From contig CAVYTE010000003.1 of assembly GCA_963771385.1 (NCBI GenBank), positions 52,929-116,928 on the forward strand: 64,000 nucleotides of DNA, given 5' to 3'. This document shows positions 11,592-19,889 of the stretch, piece after piece (within the stretch, counting starts at the first letter, position 1; every line of letters begins with the position of its first letter). A model generated the notes under the pieces. It searched no databases and was not told where the DNA came from. It worked only from the letters and a program-made list of their open reading frames with translations. Source of the stretch: an uncultured Actinomycetes bacterium (GTDB lineage Bacteria; Actinomycetota; UBA4738; HRBIN12). Position numbers and translations under genes: made by a program.

Positions 11592-12101
11592 GTGCGGGAA
11601 CCCTCCGGCGTCGTGATCGGCGGGCTGTTCGGTACCGGGAAGAGCTCGGTCGCCGAGGAGATCGCGACACGCCTCGAGCGCGAGGGCCTTCCCTACGGCG
11701 CCCTCGACCTGGACTGGCTCGGGTGGTTCGACGTCGGGAGCGCCGAGACGCACGAACGTGTGTGGCTCGAGAACGTCCTGAGCGTGGTGACGAACTACCT
11801 CGCGGCCGGCGTTCGGCTCTTCGTGATGGCCGGCACGTTCTGGACCCAGGAGGACGTCGACACGTTCCGCGCCGCCCTCCCGCTCCCGGTCACGTTCGTC
11901 GAGCTCCAGGTCCCGTGGGCGGAGATCGAGCGGCGGCTCCGTTCGAGCCCCACCTCCGGCCGGCCTGACGACCTCCGCGAGGCTCGTGCATGGGTCGACT
12001 CCGGCAAGACGCTGCCGCGCCCGGACGTCGCGGTCGACGGCGATCGTCCGGTCGCCGATGTGGCGGCCGAGATCCTCCGCGAGCTCGACTGGACGGCCTG
12101 A
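11592..12101 (+). CDS. P-loop NTPase/kinase-like protein
   Basis: Walker A GGLFGTGKSS at the N-terminus; about 170 aa, similar in size to small-molecule kinases. Confidence 0.45.
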   Translation: MREPSGVVIGGLFGTGKSSVAEEIATRLEREGLPYGALDLDWLGWFDVGSAETHERVWLENVLSVVTNYLAAGVRLFVMAGTFWTQEDVDTFRAALPLPVTFVELQVPWAEIERRLRSSPTSGRPDDLREARAWVDSGKTLPRPDVAVDGDRPVADVAAEILRELDWTA

Positions 12102-12146
12102 GACGCCATCCGCGAGCAGGCCGGGGCAGCGGGTAGCCTGCGTCCC

Positions 12147-12914
12147 ATGCGGCTCCTGCGGTTCCGTTTCGGCGATCGCATCGCGACGGGCGCATCGGAG
12201 TACGGCTCCGACACGGTCCGGGTGCTCCGGGGCACGTTCTTCGAGGACCCGATCCCCACCGGTGAGGAGGTCCCGTTCGACGACGTGCGGCTGCTGGCGC
12301 CGGTCCTACCGTCGAAGGTCGTGTGCGTGGGCAAGAACTACGTCGCGCACGCGACCGAGTTCGGCCAGGAGGTACCCGAGGAGCCGCTGGTGTTTTTGAA
12401 GCCCTCGACGGCGGTGATCGGACCGCGCGATCCGATCCCGCTGTTGCCGATCAGCCGGCGGGTGGACCACGAGGGGGAGCTCGCCGTCGTGATCGGACGG
12501 ATCGCGCGCAACGTCCGAAGCGAGGACGCGTTCAAGCACATCCTCGGGTATACGTGCGCGAACGACGTGACCCTGCGGGATCTGCAGCGGACCGACGAGC
12601 AGTGGGCCCGAGCGAAGGGGTTCGACGGCTCGTGTCCGCTCGGGCCCTGGATCGAGACCGACCTGGATCCGAACGACGTCCGGGTCGAGACCCGGCTGAA
12701 CGGGGAGGTCCGTCAGGCTGGGCAGACCACCGACATGGTGTTCGGCGTCGCCACGCTGATCGAGTACGTCACGACGTTCATGACACTGCTGCCGGGCGAC
12801 GCGCTCCTGACCGGCACGCCCGAGGGGGTGGGACCGCTCTCGGCCGGCGACGTCGTCGAGGTCGAGGTCGACGGCGTCGGGACGCTCAGCAACCCGGTCG
12901 AGGCGTCGGCGTGA
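12147..12914 (+). CDS. fumarylacetoacetate hydrolase (FAH) family protein
   Basis: [20 protein letters not shown] and [16 protein letters not shown] are FAH-family blocks. This is the second FAH-family gene within 5 kb. Confidence 0.75.
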   Translation: MRLLRFRFGDRIATGASEYGSDTVRVLRGTFFEDPIPTGEEVPFDDVRLLAPVLPSKVVCVGKNYVAHATEFGQEVPEEPLVFLKPSTAVIGPRDPIPLLPISRRVDHEGELAVVIGRIARNVRSEDAFKHILGYTCANDVTLRDLQRTDEQWARAKGFDGSCPLGPWIETDLDPNDVRVETRLNGEVRQAGQTTDMVFGVATLIEYVTTFMTLLPGDALLTGTPEGVGPLSAGDVVEVEVDGVGTLSNPVEASA

Positions 12915-14326
12915 GCGACGTGCGGTCCCGGTTCGCGCCCGCGCCCTCCGGCTCGGTCCACGTCGGCAACGCGCGCACCGGGTTGTTCTCGTGGGCGTTC
13001 GCGAGGCACCACGGCGGCGCCTTCGTCCTGCGGGTCGAGGACACCGACGCCTCGCGCGTCACGGAGGAGGCGTTCCACGGCGTGATGGACTCCCTGCGCT
13101 GGCTCGGGATCGACTGGGATGAGGGACCCGACGTCGGCGGCCCGCACGGGCCGTACCGGCAGTCGCAGCGCATGGACATCTATCGAGGGATGACCGAGCG
13201 ACTGCTGTCGCAGGGCGACGCCTACCGCTGCTACTGCACGGAGGAGGAACTCGAGCAGCGGCGCACGGCCGCGCTCGCGCGCGGCGAACCCCCCGGGTAC
13301 GACGGCACGTGCCGCGATCCCGAGGTCCGGGGGGCGTTCGAGGCCGAGGGCCGGCCCTCGGTGGTTCGCTTCGTCATGCCCGATCGCGAGCACGTCGTGC
13401 GGGACCTCGTGAAGGGCGAGGTGCGTTGGGGAGCGGGCCAGCTCCGGGACTTCGTCCTGCTGCGATCGGACGGCACGCCGGTGTTCCTGCTCGCGGTCGC
13501 GGTGGACGACCTGCTCATGGAGATCACGCACGTGATCCGCGGGGACGACCTGCTCGCGAGCGCTCCCCGGAACGCGGCCGTCATCGAGGCGCTGGGCGGG
13601 ACCCCGCCGGCCTACGCGCACGTCCCGCAGGTGAACGGCCCGGATGGCAAACCCCTGTCCAAGCGGCACGGCTCGACGAGCGTCGAGGCGTTCCGCGAGC
13701 ATGGGATCCTGCCCGAGGCGCTCCTGAACTCCCTCGCGCTCCTCGGGTGGTCGAAGGACGCCGAGACGACGTTCCTGTCCAAGCAGGACTTCGTCGAGGC
13801 GTTCGACATCGGCCGCGTTTCGAGCAACCCGGCGCGGTTCGACCCCGAGAAGCTCGAGTGGATGAACAACCACTCCATCCAGTCGCTGGACGACGACGAC
13901 CTCGCGGCCAGATGCCTGCACTTCCTGTCGGTCGCGGGGCTGTCCCCGGACCTCGCCGTGTTGCGCCGGGCGATGCCGCTGGTGAAGGAACGGATGAAGA
14001 CGCTGGCGGAGTCGGTCGCACTCCTGCGGTTCCTGTTCACCGACGACGTCTCGCCCGATCCGAAGGCCACGGAGGTCATCGCGAAAGCCCCCGCCGGGTA
14101 CCTCGCCGGCGTCGGCGATGCCCTCGAAGGCCTCGAGCCGTGGAAGGCCGAGGCGATCAAGGACCGCCTGGACGAGCTCGCCCAGGCGGCCGGCCTGAAC
14201 CGGACGAAGGGGTTCCAGCCGGTCCGCGCCGCGGTCACCGGCTCGACCGTCTCGCCGCCGCTGCCGGAGTCGCTCGAGCTGCTCGGGCGCGAGCGGACCG
14301 TCGATCGGCTCGCGGCGGTCGCGTGA
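12911..14326 (+). CDS. gltX: glutamate--tRNA ligase
   Basis: GTG start overlaps the FAH stop. The N-terminus [20 protein letters not shown] is class I HIGH-type, and a KMSKS-like LSKR motif is present. The upstream part of the listed 667-aa ORF is non-coding. Confidence 0.85.
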   Translation: MSDVRSRFAPAPSGSVHVGNARTGLFSWAFARHHGGAFVLRVEDTDASRVTEEAFHGVMDSLRWLGIDWDEGPDVGGPHGPYRQSQRMDIYRGMTERLLSQGDAYRCYCTEEELEQRRTAALARGEPPGYDGTCRDPEVRGAFEAEGRPSVVRFVMPDREHVVRDLVKGEVRWGAGQLRDFVLLRSDGTPVFLLAVAVDDLLMEITHVIRGDDLLASAPRNAAVIEALGGTPPAYAHVPQVNGPDGKPLSKRHGSTSVEAFREHGILPEALLNSLALLGWSKDAETTFLSKQDFVEAFDIGRVSSNPARFDPEKLEWMNNHSIQSLDDDDLAARCLHFLSVAGLSPDLAVLRRAMPLVKERMKTLAESVALLRFLFTDDVSPDPKATEVIAKAPAGYLAGVGDALEGLEPWKAEAIKDRLDELAQAAGLNRTKGFQPVRAAVTGSTVSPPLPESLELLGRERTVDRLAAVA

Positions 14327-15333
14327 GACGCGCCATCCCGCTCCTGCTCGGGGTCCTGCTGTTCGTCCCCGAGGCGGCGCCCGCGGTGGGCCCGCCCGAT
14401 CCGGGCGACGTGCAGCCCGAGATCGTCTGGCGGAGGATCCCCTTCGGCCCGAGGCGCGTCCGGCAGACCGCCGCGTACTCGCAACGTCACTACGGAGAAC
14501 GGACCTCGCAGCTCACCGGCCCACAGGTCGTGGTGGAGCACTACACGTCCGGCACCTCGTTCGACAGCGCGTGGAACCACTTCGCGAACAACGGGACCCA
14601 CCTCGGCGAGAAGCCGGGCGTGTGTGCGCACTTCCTCATCGACACCGACGGGACGATCTCCCAGCTCGTGAACCTGCGGCTGCGATGCCGCCACGCGATC
14701 GGGATGAACTGGACGGCGATCGGGATCGAGCACGTCGGGACGAGCGCGGAGCAGGTGCTGGGCAACCGCGACATGATGCGCGCCTCGCTCCGGCTCACGG
14801 GCTGGCTGATGGCTCGCTACGGCATCTCGTGGGGCAACGTGATCGGTCACGCTGAGATCCTCCGGAGCCCGTTCCACATGGAGCGGTACGAGGACTGGCG
14901 CTGCCGGACGCACGCGGACTTCGACCGCGGTGAGATGCGCGTCTACCGGCGCCGGCTGAAACGCGCGGCCGAGCGCTTGGATGTCCCGCTTGGCGATGGG
15001 CCCGCTCTGGGTCGCCTCGGGCTGCTAGGCGCCCGCGAGCGCGTCGCGGAGCGCGGCCGCCGCGTCCTCGGGGGCGACCGTGTTGATCGACATCGCGGAG
15101 CCGTACTCGAAGCCCGCCATCGTCGACAGCGCGCGGGATCAGCTTCATGTGCCAGTGGAACACGCGGTCGCTGTCCCACCCGTTCGTCGGCGCCGAGTAC
15201 AGCACGAGGTTGTAGTCGGGGTCGCCGCACGCGCGACGTACGGCGGCGAGGGTGCGGACGACGATCGCGGCGAGATCGTCCACGTGCGTGTCCGCGATGT
15301 CGCCGAACGAGCCCTGGTGGAACGTCGGAGTGA
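14323..15333 (+). CDS. N-acetylmuramoyl-L-alanine amidase (PGRP/Amidase_2 domain), secreted; 3' end uncertain
   Basis: GTG start overlaps the gltX stop. A signal-like segment AIPLLLGVLLFV precedes the Amidase_2 block GVCAHFLIDTDG..IGIEHVG..GHAEI. No in-frame stop occurs before 15333, where the frame overlaps the convergent galT. Confidence 0.55.
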   Translation: MRRAIPLLLGVLLFVPEAAPAVGPPDPGDVQPEIVWRRIPFGPRRVRQTAAYSQRHYGERTSQLTGPQVVVEHYTSGTSFDSAWNHFANNGTHLGEKPGVCAHFLIDTDGTISQLVNLRLRCRHAIGMNWTAIGIEHVGTSAEQVLGNRDMMRASLRLTGWLMARYGISWGNVIGHAEILRSPFHMERYEDWRCRTHADFDRGEMRVYRRRLKRAAERLDVPLGDGPALGRLGLLGARERVAERGRRVLGGDRVDRHRGAVLEARHRRQRAGSASCASGTRGRCPTRSSAPSTARGCSRGRRTRDVRRRGCGRRSRRDRPRACPRCRRTSPGGTSE

Positions 15334-16024
15334 TCCAGGTCTCGAAGGGCGTCAGCGCGGCCCAGGGTTCGAACGCGACGAACCCTCCGACCTCCTCGAC
15401 GAGGCGGACCTTCGCATCCTGTTCGGCTGCGATCACGTCGTCGTACACGCACGCACCGTTCTCGTCGTAGTAGTGGGACGCGACCTGCAGACGGCGGAGG
15501 AGTCGCGGCAGGAAGACCGGCGTCGCCACGATCTGCGAGTGTGGGTGGGTGAGCGACGTGCCGGCGAGTGTCCCGAAGTTCTTGAACACCACGACGGCGC
15601 GCACGTCGGGCCGGGCGATCAGCGAACGGTAGCGCTCGCGCCAGATCCGGATGACCCGCGCCACCTCCTTTGGGCTGAGCTCATCCATCCGGCCGTCGTG
15701 GCGGGGGGTCTCTATCACGACCTCGTGGCTCCCGACGCCCGACATCTCGCGGAACATCCGATCGCCCGACCGCTCGGTCGAGCCGTTCCCCGAGAGCGCG
15801 GAGAACATGTTCGGGACGACGCGGACCTGCCAGTCCGTGCCCGGCGGCTCCCGGAGGATCTCGGGCGGGGTCTGATCCTCGTTGCCCGGGCAGAACGGGC
15901 ACGACGCGTCGTGTTCGGGCAGTTCGGGCCGGGGGACGACCACCGGTTCGTGCGGGCGTTCGCGCCGCCGGGTCGCGAGGATCGCCCACTGCCGGGTGGT
16001 CGGATCCTGTCGAAGGGTGGACAT
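15026..16024 (-). CDS. galT: galactose-1-phosphate uridylyltransferase family protein (HIT-like), with an apparent frameshift near the 3' end
   Basis: CPFCPGNE zinc motif and the HPHSQI active-site motif are present. The conserved C-terminus MAGFEYGSAMSINTVAPEDAAAAL is in a different frame from ..HWHMKLIPRAVD, with the shift near 15105-15115. Confidence 0.55.
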
Positions 16025-16051
16025 GGGCGCGGAGCCTACCGCTTGAGGGGT

Positions 16052-16363
16052 TCATGCCTCCCGGTGCTTCGGGGAGAGCGCTCGACCGATCAGCGAGACC
16101 ACGCCCGCGAGCAGGAGCAGGAACAGGGCGACGGACAAGACCAGGCCGGTGAGGAACGCACCGACGTCGATCGTGTTCGACCCGAAGTCCGAGCCGGCGA
16201 TGAGGGCGTACACGTTCGCGAACAGGTAGAACGCCGGGACGATGAACGCAGGCAGCGCCACCATCGCGCCCACCACGACGGCTCCGATCACGAGACCGAT
16301 CGGCTTGTCGCCTTCCACCCAGGCCCCCCTCAGGACCTCGAGCGCGCGTTCGTCCACCCGCAT
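16052..16363 (-). CDS. small membrane protein (two predicted TM helices)
   Basis: Hydrophobic stretches LVIGAVVVGAMVALPAFIVPAFYLF and FLTGLVLSVALFLLLLAGVV. Confidence 0.4.
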   Translation of the reverse strand: MRVDERALEVLRGAWVEGDKPIGLVIGAVVVGAMVALPAFIVPAFYLFANVYALIAGSDFGSNTIDVGAFLTGLVLSVALFLLLLAGVVSLIGRALSPKHREA

Positions 16364-16390
16364 CCTACGTCGCTCCGGAGGAACGAACCG

Positions 16391-18109
16391 CTACGGCATC
16401 TGCCGGTAGAAGAGGAACTGCAGGTACTGCGGCGGCTTGTTCGCCTTCGGGTACGGCCGGCGCATGTCCGTCCACGTGACATGCGCGACGCCGTCCGAGC
16501 CGAACGCCAAGCGGTTGTAGTCGCCGATGAAGGTCGAGCACGCGAAACATCCGGGTGTCTTCGCCTTGAAGAACACGGACCTCGTCGGGTTCGACGGCTT
16601 CGTCGAGACCTGCGCGATCGTGAAGCTCCCGATGGACCCCGTCGCTACCGCGGTGTTGTAGAGCGCGGGGTCGGGGTCGTTGCGGGTGTGGTACACGATC
16701 GCGAGGCCGCCGGTCGTCGGGTCGACGTCGACCCACGGGAACCACTGGTCGCCGGGTCCGGCGTCGACGGGGGACGGGGCGCTCCACGTGGCCCCTCCGT
16801 CGACCGACGTCGAGATGAACACGTCGGTGTTGGTCACAGGCGCGAGCGGGTCGCTGGTGCCGTTGCGATTGTCGGACCACACGAGGAAGAGGTCGCCGGT
16901 GTGGCTCGCGACGATGTTGCCGGCGGAGTTCGTACGCGTCTGGTACCCCGTCAACGTCTGGCGACCGAGGACGTTCACGGGGTAGTTCGTCGGCCCGTCC
17001 TCGAGGGTGGCCGCGATCACCGGTGCCGACCACGTGACGCCGCCGTCGTCGGAGCGCACGACGAGGTACTGGTTGTCGTGGATCTGTTGGACGTTCCCGA
17101 ACTCCTCGCCGGGCTCCTGGATCGTGGAGTTCTGCTCGTTCTCGAACGCGACGTAGACGGTCCCGTCCGGTGCGACGGTCGGCACCGAGAACTGGTTCTC
17201 GTCGCACTCACTCGCGGGGCCGTCGTACTGGATGTCACAGAAGGGTGCAGAACCGTTGATCTCCTGAGCGGCGCTCCAGGTCTTCCCCCCGTCGTCGCTG
17301 TGCGCCTCGAAGATCGCCGACTCCGCGTAGACGGCGTCGTGACTGACGAATCGCGACCACGTGAGGTAGGTGCGACCGTAGAACTCCGACGACGGGTTCG
17401 TGTCGACGACGATCCACTCTTTGTCGTTGAAGATCTGCGTCGGCGATCCGTCGTTGCCCTCTCCGTCCAGGACCACGACCGGACGACCCCAGGTGACACC
17501 CCCGTCTTTCGAGATGGATACGACGACGTCGCCGTCCTTCCCGAGGCCGTCCTTGTTGATGAGGAAGTTCAGCGACGCGTGGATCACGTTGCCGGTGACG
17601 GGATCGAAGACCGTGACCGGGTCGCTCCCGATCCGCTTGTCGTCCTCCGCTGACATGTTGCCCTGCGTCCACGTCTGACCGCCGTCGAACGACGTGTAGA
17701 AGCCATCGCAGCACGAGTCATAGTCGTTCGAGCTGGCCACGATATGCGACGGATCGGTCGGGTTCACCTCGATGTCCGGCTCGTTGTTCGGAAGGATCGT
17801 GTCGCAGTCGAGCTTGAAGTCCGGCTGGGTGGCGGACGCCTGCGTGTCGCACTCGACGAGGGACTTCAGGTACTTCGCGCCCGTCGGCACGACGAGGTTC
17901 TGGGAGGCCCAGAGCTTGAGCTCGCGAGACGTGAGACCGCCGAGACGAGCCAGACCGACGTTGGCCGCAGGCGCCCGAGCCTGTCCGAGATCGACCGATC
18001 GCCTCGTGGCCGGCCCCGATCCTCCGCTCTGGCCCCAGGCACCGGCCATCGGCACCAAGAGCGCGACGGCCGCGGCGATGGTGAGCATCTGAAGGCGCTT
18101 CGTCCGCAT
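16391..18109 (-). CDS. secreted BNR/Asp-box repeat protein (sialidase/glycosyl-hydrolase-like beta-propeller)
   Basis: Signal peptide MRTKRLQMLTIAAAVALLVPMAGAWG and five SxDxGxTW Asp-box repeats: SFDGGQTW, SKDGGVTW, SDDGGKTW, SDDGGVTW and SVDGGATW. Confidence 0.7.
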   Translation of the reverse strand: MRTKRLQMLTIAAAVALLVPMAGAWGQSGGSGPATRRSVDLGQARAPAANVGLARLGGLTSRELKLWASQNLVVPTGAKYLKSLVECDTQASATQPDFKLDCDTILPNNEPDIEVNPTDPSHIVASSNDYDSCCDGFYTSFDGGQTWTQGNMSAEDDKRIGSDPVTVFDPVTGNVIHASLNFLINKDGLGKDGDVVVSISKDGGVTWGRPVVVLDGEGNDGSPTQIFNDKEWIVVDTNPSSEFYGRTYLTWSRFVSHDAVYAESAIFEAHSDDGGKTWSAAQEINGSAPFCDIQYDGPASECDENQFSVPTVAPDGTVYVAFENEQNSTIQEPGEEFGNVQQIHDNQYLVVRSDDGGVTWSAPVIAATLEDGPTNYPVNVLGRQTLTGYQTRTNSAGNIVASHTGDLFLVWSDNRNGTSDPLAPVTNTDVFISTSVDGGATWSAPSPVDAGPGDQWFPWVDVDPTTGGLAIVYHTRNDPDPALYNTAVATGSIGSFTIAQVSTKPSNPTRSVFFKAKTPGCFACSTFIGDYNRLAFGSDGVAHVTWTDMRRPYPKANKPPQYLQFLFYRQMP

Positions 18110-18217
18110 GCGATCCTCCCGTCGATCGTGATGCGATCCGGGCGAGATGGTGCCTCAGGCGTCTCCCTGGCACAAATCGACCCGCTGATCGCTCGTCTAT
18201 ACGAGCGGGTGGACCAC

Positions 18218-18880
18218 TCAGGTTCGAGGGACGGCGAATACGACGACGTTGTCGTCGTAGCTCCCCGTAGCCTCGTCGAAGGAACCGCCACACGTCACGA
18301 GCACGAGGATCGATCGTCCCGATCGATCGAACAGGTTCGTCGGCAGGTCGCTCTTCGGATACGACCGTCGCGCAACGACGCGGAACGAGGCTCGAGATCC
18401 GTCCGCGAGGTCGACGTGGACGATGTCCCCGGGCACGAGCTCGCGGAGCCGGAAGAAGACCCCGAGTCCCTGCGTGCGCGAATCGACGTGTCCCAGGAGC
18501 ACGGCGGAGCCCGCGGTCCCCGGCGTCGGCCCGAACCGGTACCACCCGACGGTATCCACGTCGGCGGGCACCGCGACGTCGCCGGTACCGGCCTCGACCC
18601 CAACCGGCACGACCCGCCCCCGAACCCCGATCGTCGCGATCGTGATCTTGATGGGACGCGGTCCGAGGTGCGGGCCGCGGTAGTCGGCAAGGGTCGCCGA
18701 GCTCACCCGGATCGGGTCGACCGCGACGGTATGCCTTGGCACCTCGATCGGACCGGATGGCTCCGTCGGACGCCGGACGGTCCCGGCCGGGCCCGCGTCG
18801 CCCGACACGAGGCTGGGGACGCGGCCGACCTCGTCGGCCGGCCTGGTCGCCCGGACGGCCACCGGGGTCGCGACGAGCAC
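18218..18880 (-). CDS. sortase family transpeptidase (actinobacterial class E/F-like)
   Basis: Conserved His in LLGHVD and the catalytic Cys in the TLxTC-like ILVLVTCGG, with a downstream Arg. No canonical start codon follows the in-frame stop at 18923, so the N-terminus is uncertain. Confidence 0.6.
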   Translation of the reverse strand: MLVATPVAVRATRPADEVGRVPSLVSGDAGPAGTVRRPTEPSGPIEVPRHTVAVDPIRVSSATLADYRGPHLGPRPIKITIATIGVRGRVVPVGVEAGTGDVAVPADVDTVGWYRFGPTPGTAGSAVLLGHVDSRTQGLGVFFRLRELVPGDIVHVDLADGSRASFRVVARRSYPKSDLPTNLFDRSGRSILVLVTCGGSFDEATGSYDDNVVVFAVPRT

Positions 18881-18956
18881 GATCGAGCTCGCGATGAGGA
18901 GGCCGACCGCCAGCCGGCCTCCTCATCGCCTTCCGACCTTTCCGTTCCGACGCGGC

Positions 18957-19790
18957 TCAGTCCGGCCGCGGCTCGTTCCGGCCCGGACGCCGCATCAGTG
19001 ACACGGTGCCCCAGGCGAGGCCGACGATCGCGAGCGTCACCATCGTGATCGCCCAGACTGGCGGTCCAGGCTGTGTCGCGAGCCCGGCATCTCCGGTCAA
19101 CACGTTCCTCGGCGCGGACTGCACCCCCCGGATCGACTGGAACATGAAGTTGAGCGTGCCCTGATCCTCGGAACCGACCGCGAACACGATCGCGACCGTT
19201 CCCTCGTCCAGCCTCAGGTCCTCGGGTCCGATCACGATCTGAGGGGACGTCGTGGCTTCGAGGTCGAAGGGCCCACCGGCCTTCAGATCATCGGTCTGCT
19301 CATCACCGTGTCCGATCGAGCGGAACACGCGATCGCCGTCCAACAGGACGTCGATCGAAGGGACGTCCGCGACGTTGCGAACGATCAGGCGGCTCTGGCC
19401 CGGCGGGACCGGGGCCAGGGGGTTCTTGAACACGTTGAGCTCCGGTTCCCCTGTGACCGAGAGACCGGCGATGATCGAGAGGTTCTGGCCCGTGCGGAGC
19501 CGGACCGACCCGGCGAGGGCGGGCTCGGATGTGGGATCGGCCCCGACGTCGCGGATCTCGATCACGTAGCGACCCGGCGGCAGCTCGAGCGGGTCGGTTG
19601 CGGTCTCGGGCTCGAACCCCGACAGCGTCAACTCCCCGTTCACGTAGACGTCCGCGGTGAAACCCGGCAACGCGTGGAGCACGGTGACGGTCCCCGTGGC
19701 CGGCTGCGCCTGGACCCCCACGGCTGCACCAAGGGGAACCAAGGCCAGCACGAGAACGAGGGGCATCCGAAGCAGCCCCGGTCTCTTCAT
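18957..19790 (-). CDS. DUF4397-like secreted protein with a C-terminal membrane anchor (candidate sortase substrate)
   Basis: Signal peptide MKRPGLLRMPLVLVLALVPLGAAVGVQA. Repeated V-x-V-L-H-A-x-P..VDVY/LLDG blocks are typical of DUF4397. The C-terminus is LATQPGPP, then a TM segment, then RRPGRNEPRPD. Confidence 0.55.
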   Translation of the reverse strand: MKRPGLLRMPLVLVLALVPLGAAVGVQAQPATGTVTVLHALPGFTADVYVNGELTLSGFEPETATDPLELPPGRYVIEIRDVGADPTSEPALAGSVRLRTGQNLSIIAGLSVTGEPELNVFKNPLAPVPPGQSRLIVRNVADVPSIDVLLDGDRVFRSIGHGDEQTDDLKAGGPFDLEATTSPQIVIGPEDLRLDEGTVAIVFAVGSEDQGTLNFMFQSIRGVQSAPRNVLTGDAGLATQPGPPVWAITMVTLAIVGLAWGTVSLMRRPGRNEPRPD

Positions 19791-19803
19791 GCCGCACCTC
19801 CTA

Positions 19804-19877
19804 CCTAGGCGTAGGTCGATGAGACGTTTCTCATGCAAGCAACCTAGGCCTTTCGTTCTACAGCAGAACTTCCTAGG
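19804..19877. promoter_or_regulatory. divergent promoter region with three CCTAGG palindromes and a 16-bp inverted repeat ATGAGA-N4-TCTCAT
   Basis: CCTAGG at 19804, 19843 and 19872, and ATGAGACGTTTCTCAT at 19819-19834, lie between the divergent DUF4397 and pseudokinase genes. Local GC is lower than the surroundings. Confidence 0.4.
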
Positions 19878-19889
19878 CTGACAAGGACC

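Noticed and set aside
12323-12910. 5' extension of the gltX ORF (667-aa track entry) and the 13309-15333 674-aa ORF upstream of 14323
   Set aside because: The conserved GltX N-terminus begins at 12911. The extensions overlap the FAH gene and gltX in alternative frames.
15080-17653. 857-aa plus-strand ORF
   Set aside because: Antisense to galT, the small membrane protein and the BNR protein. Composition is Arg/Asp/Val-biased with no domain signal.
17718-19048. 402-aa minus ORF (17718-18926) and 434-aa plus ORF (17744-19048)
   Set aside because: They overlap the sortase and BNR genes in other frames, with no recognisable family. The ATG at 18926 is in the wrong frame for the sortase and was considered only as evidence of a possible indel.
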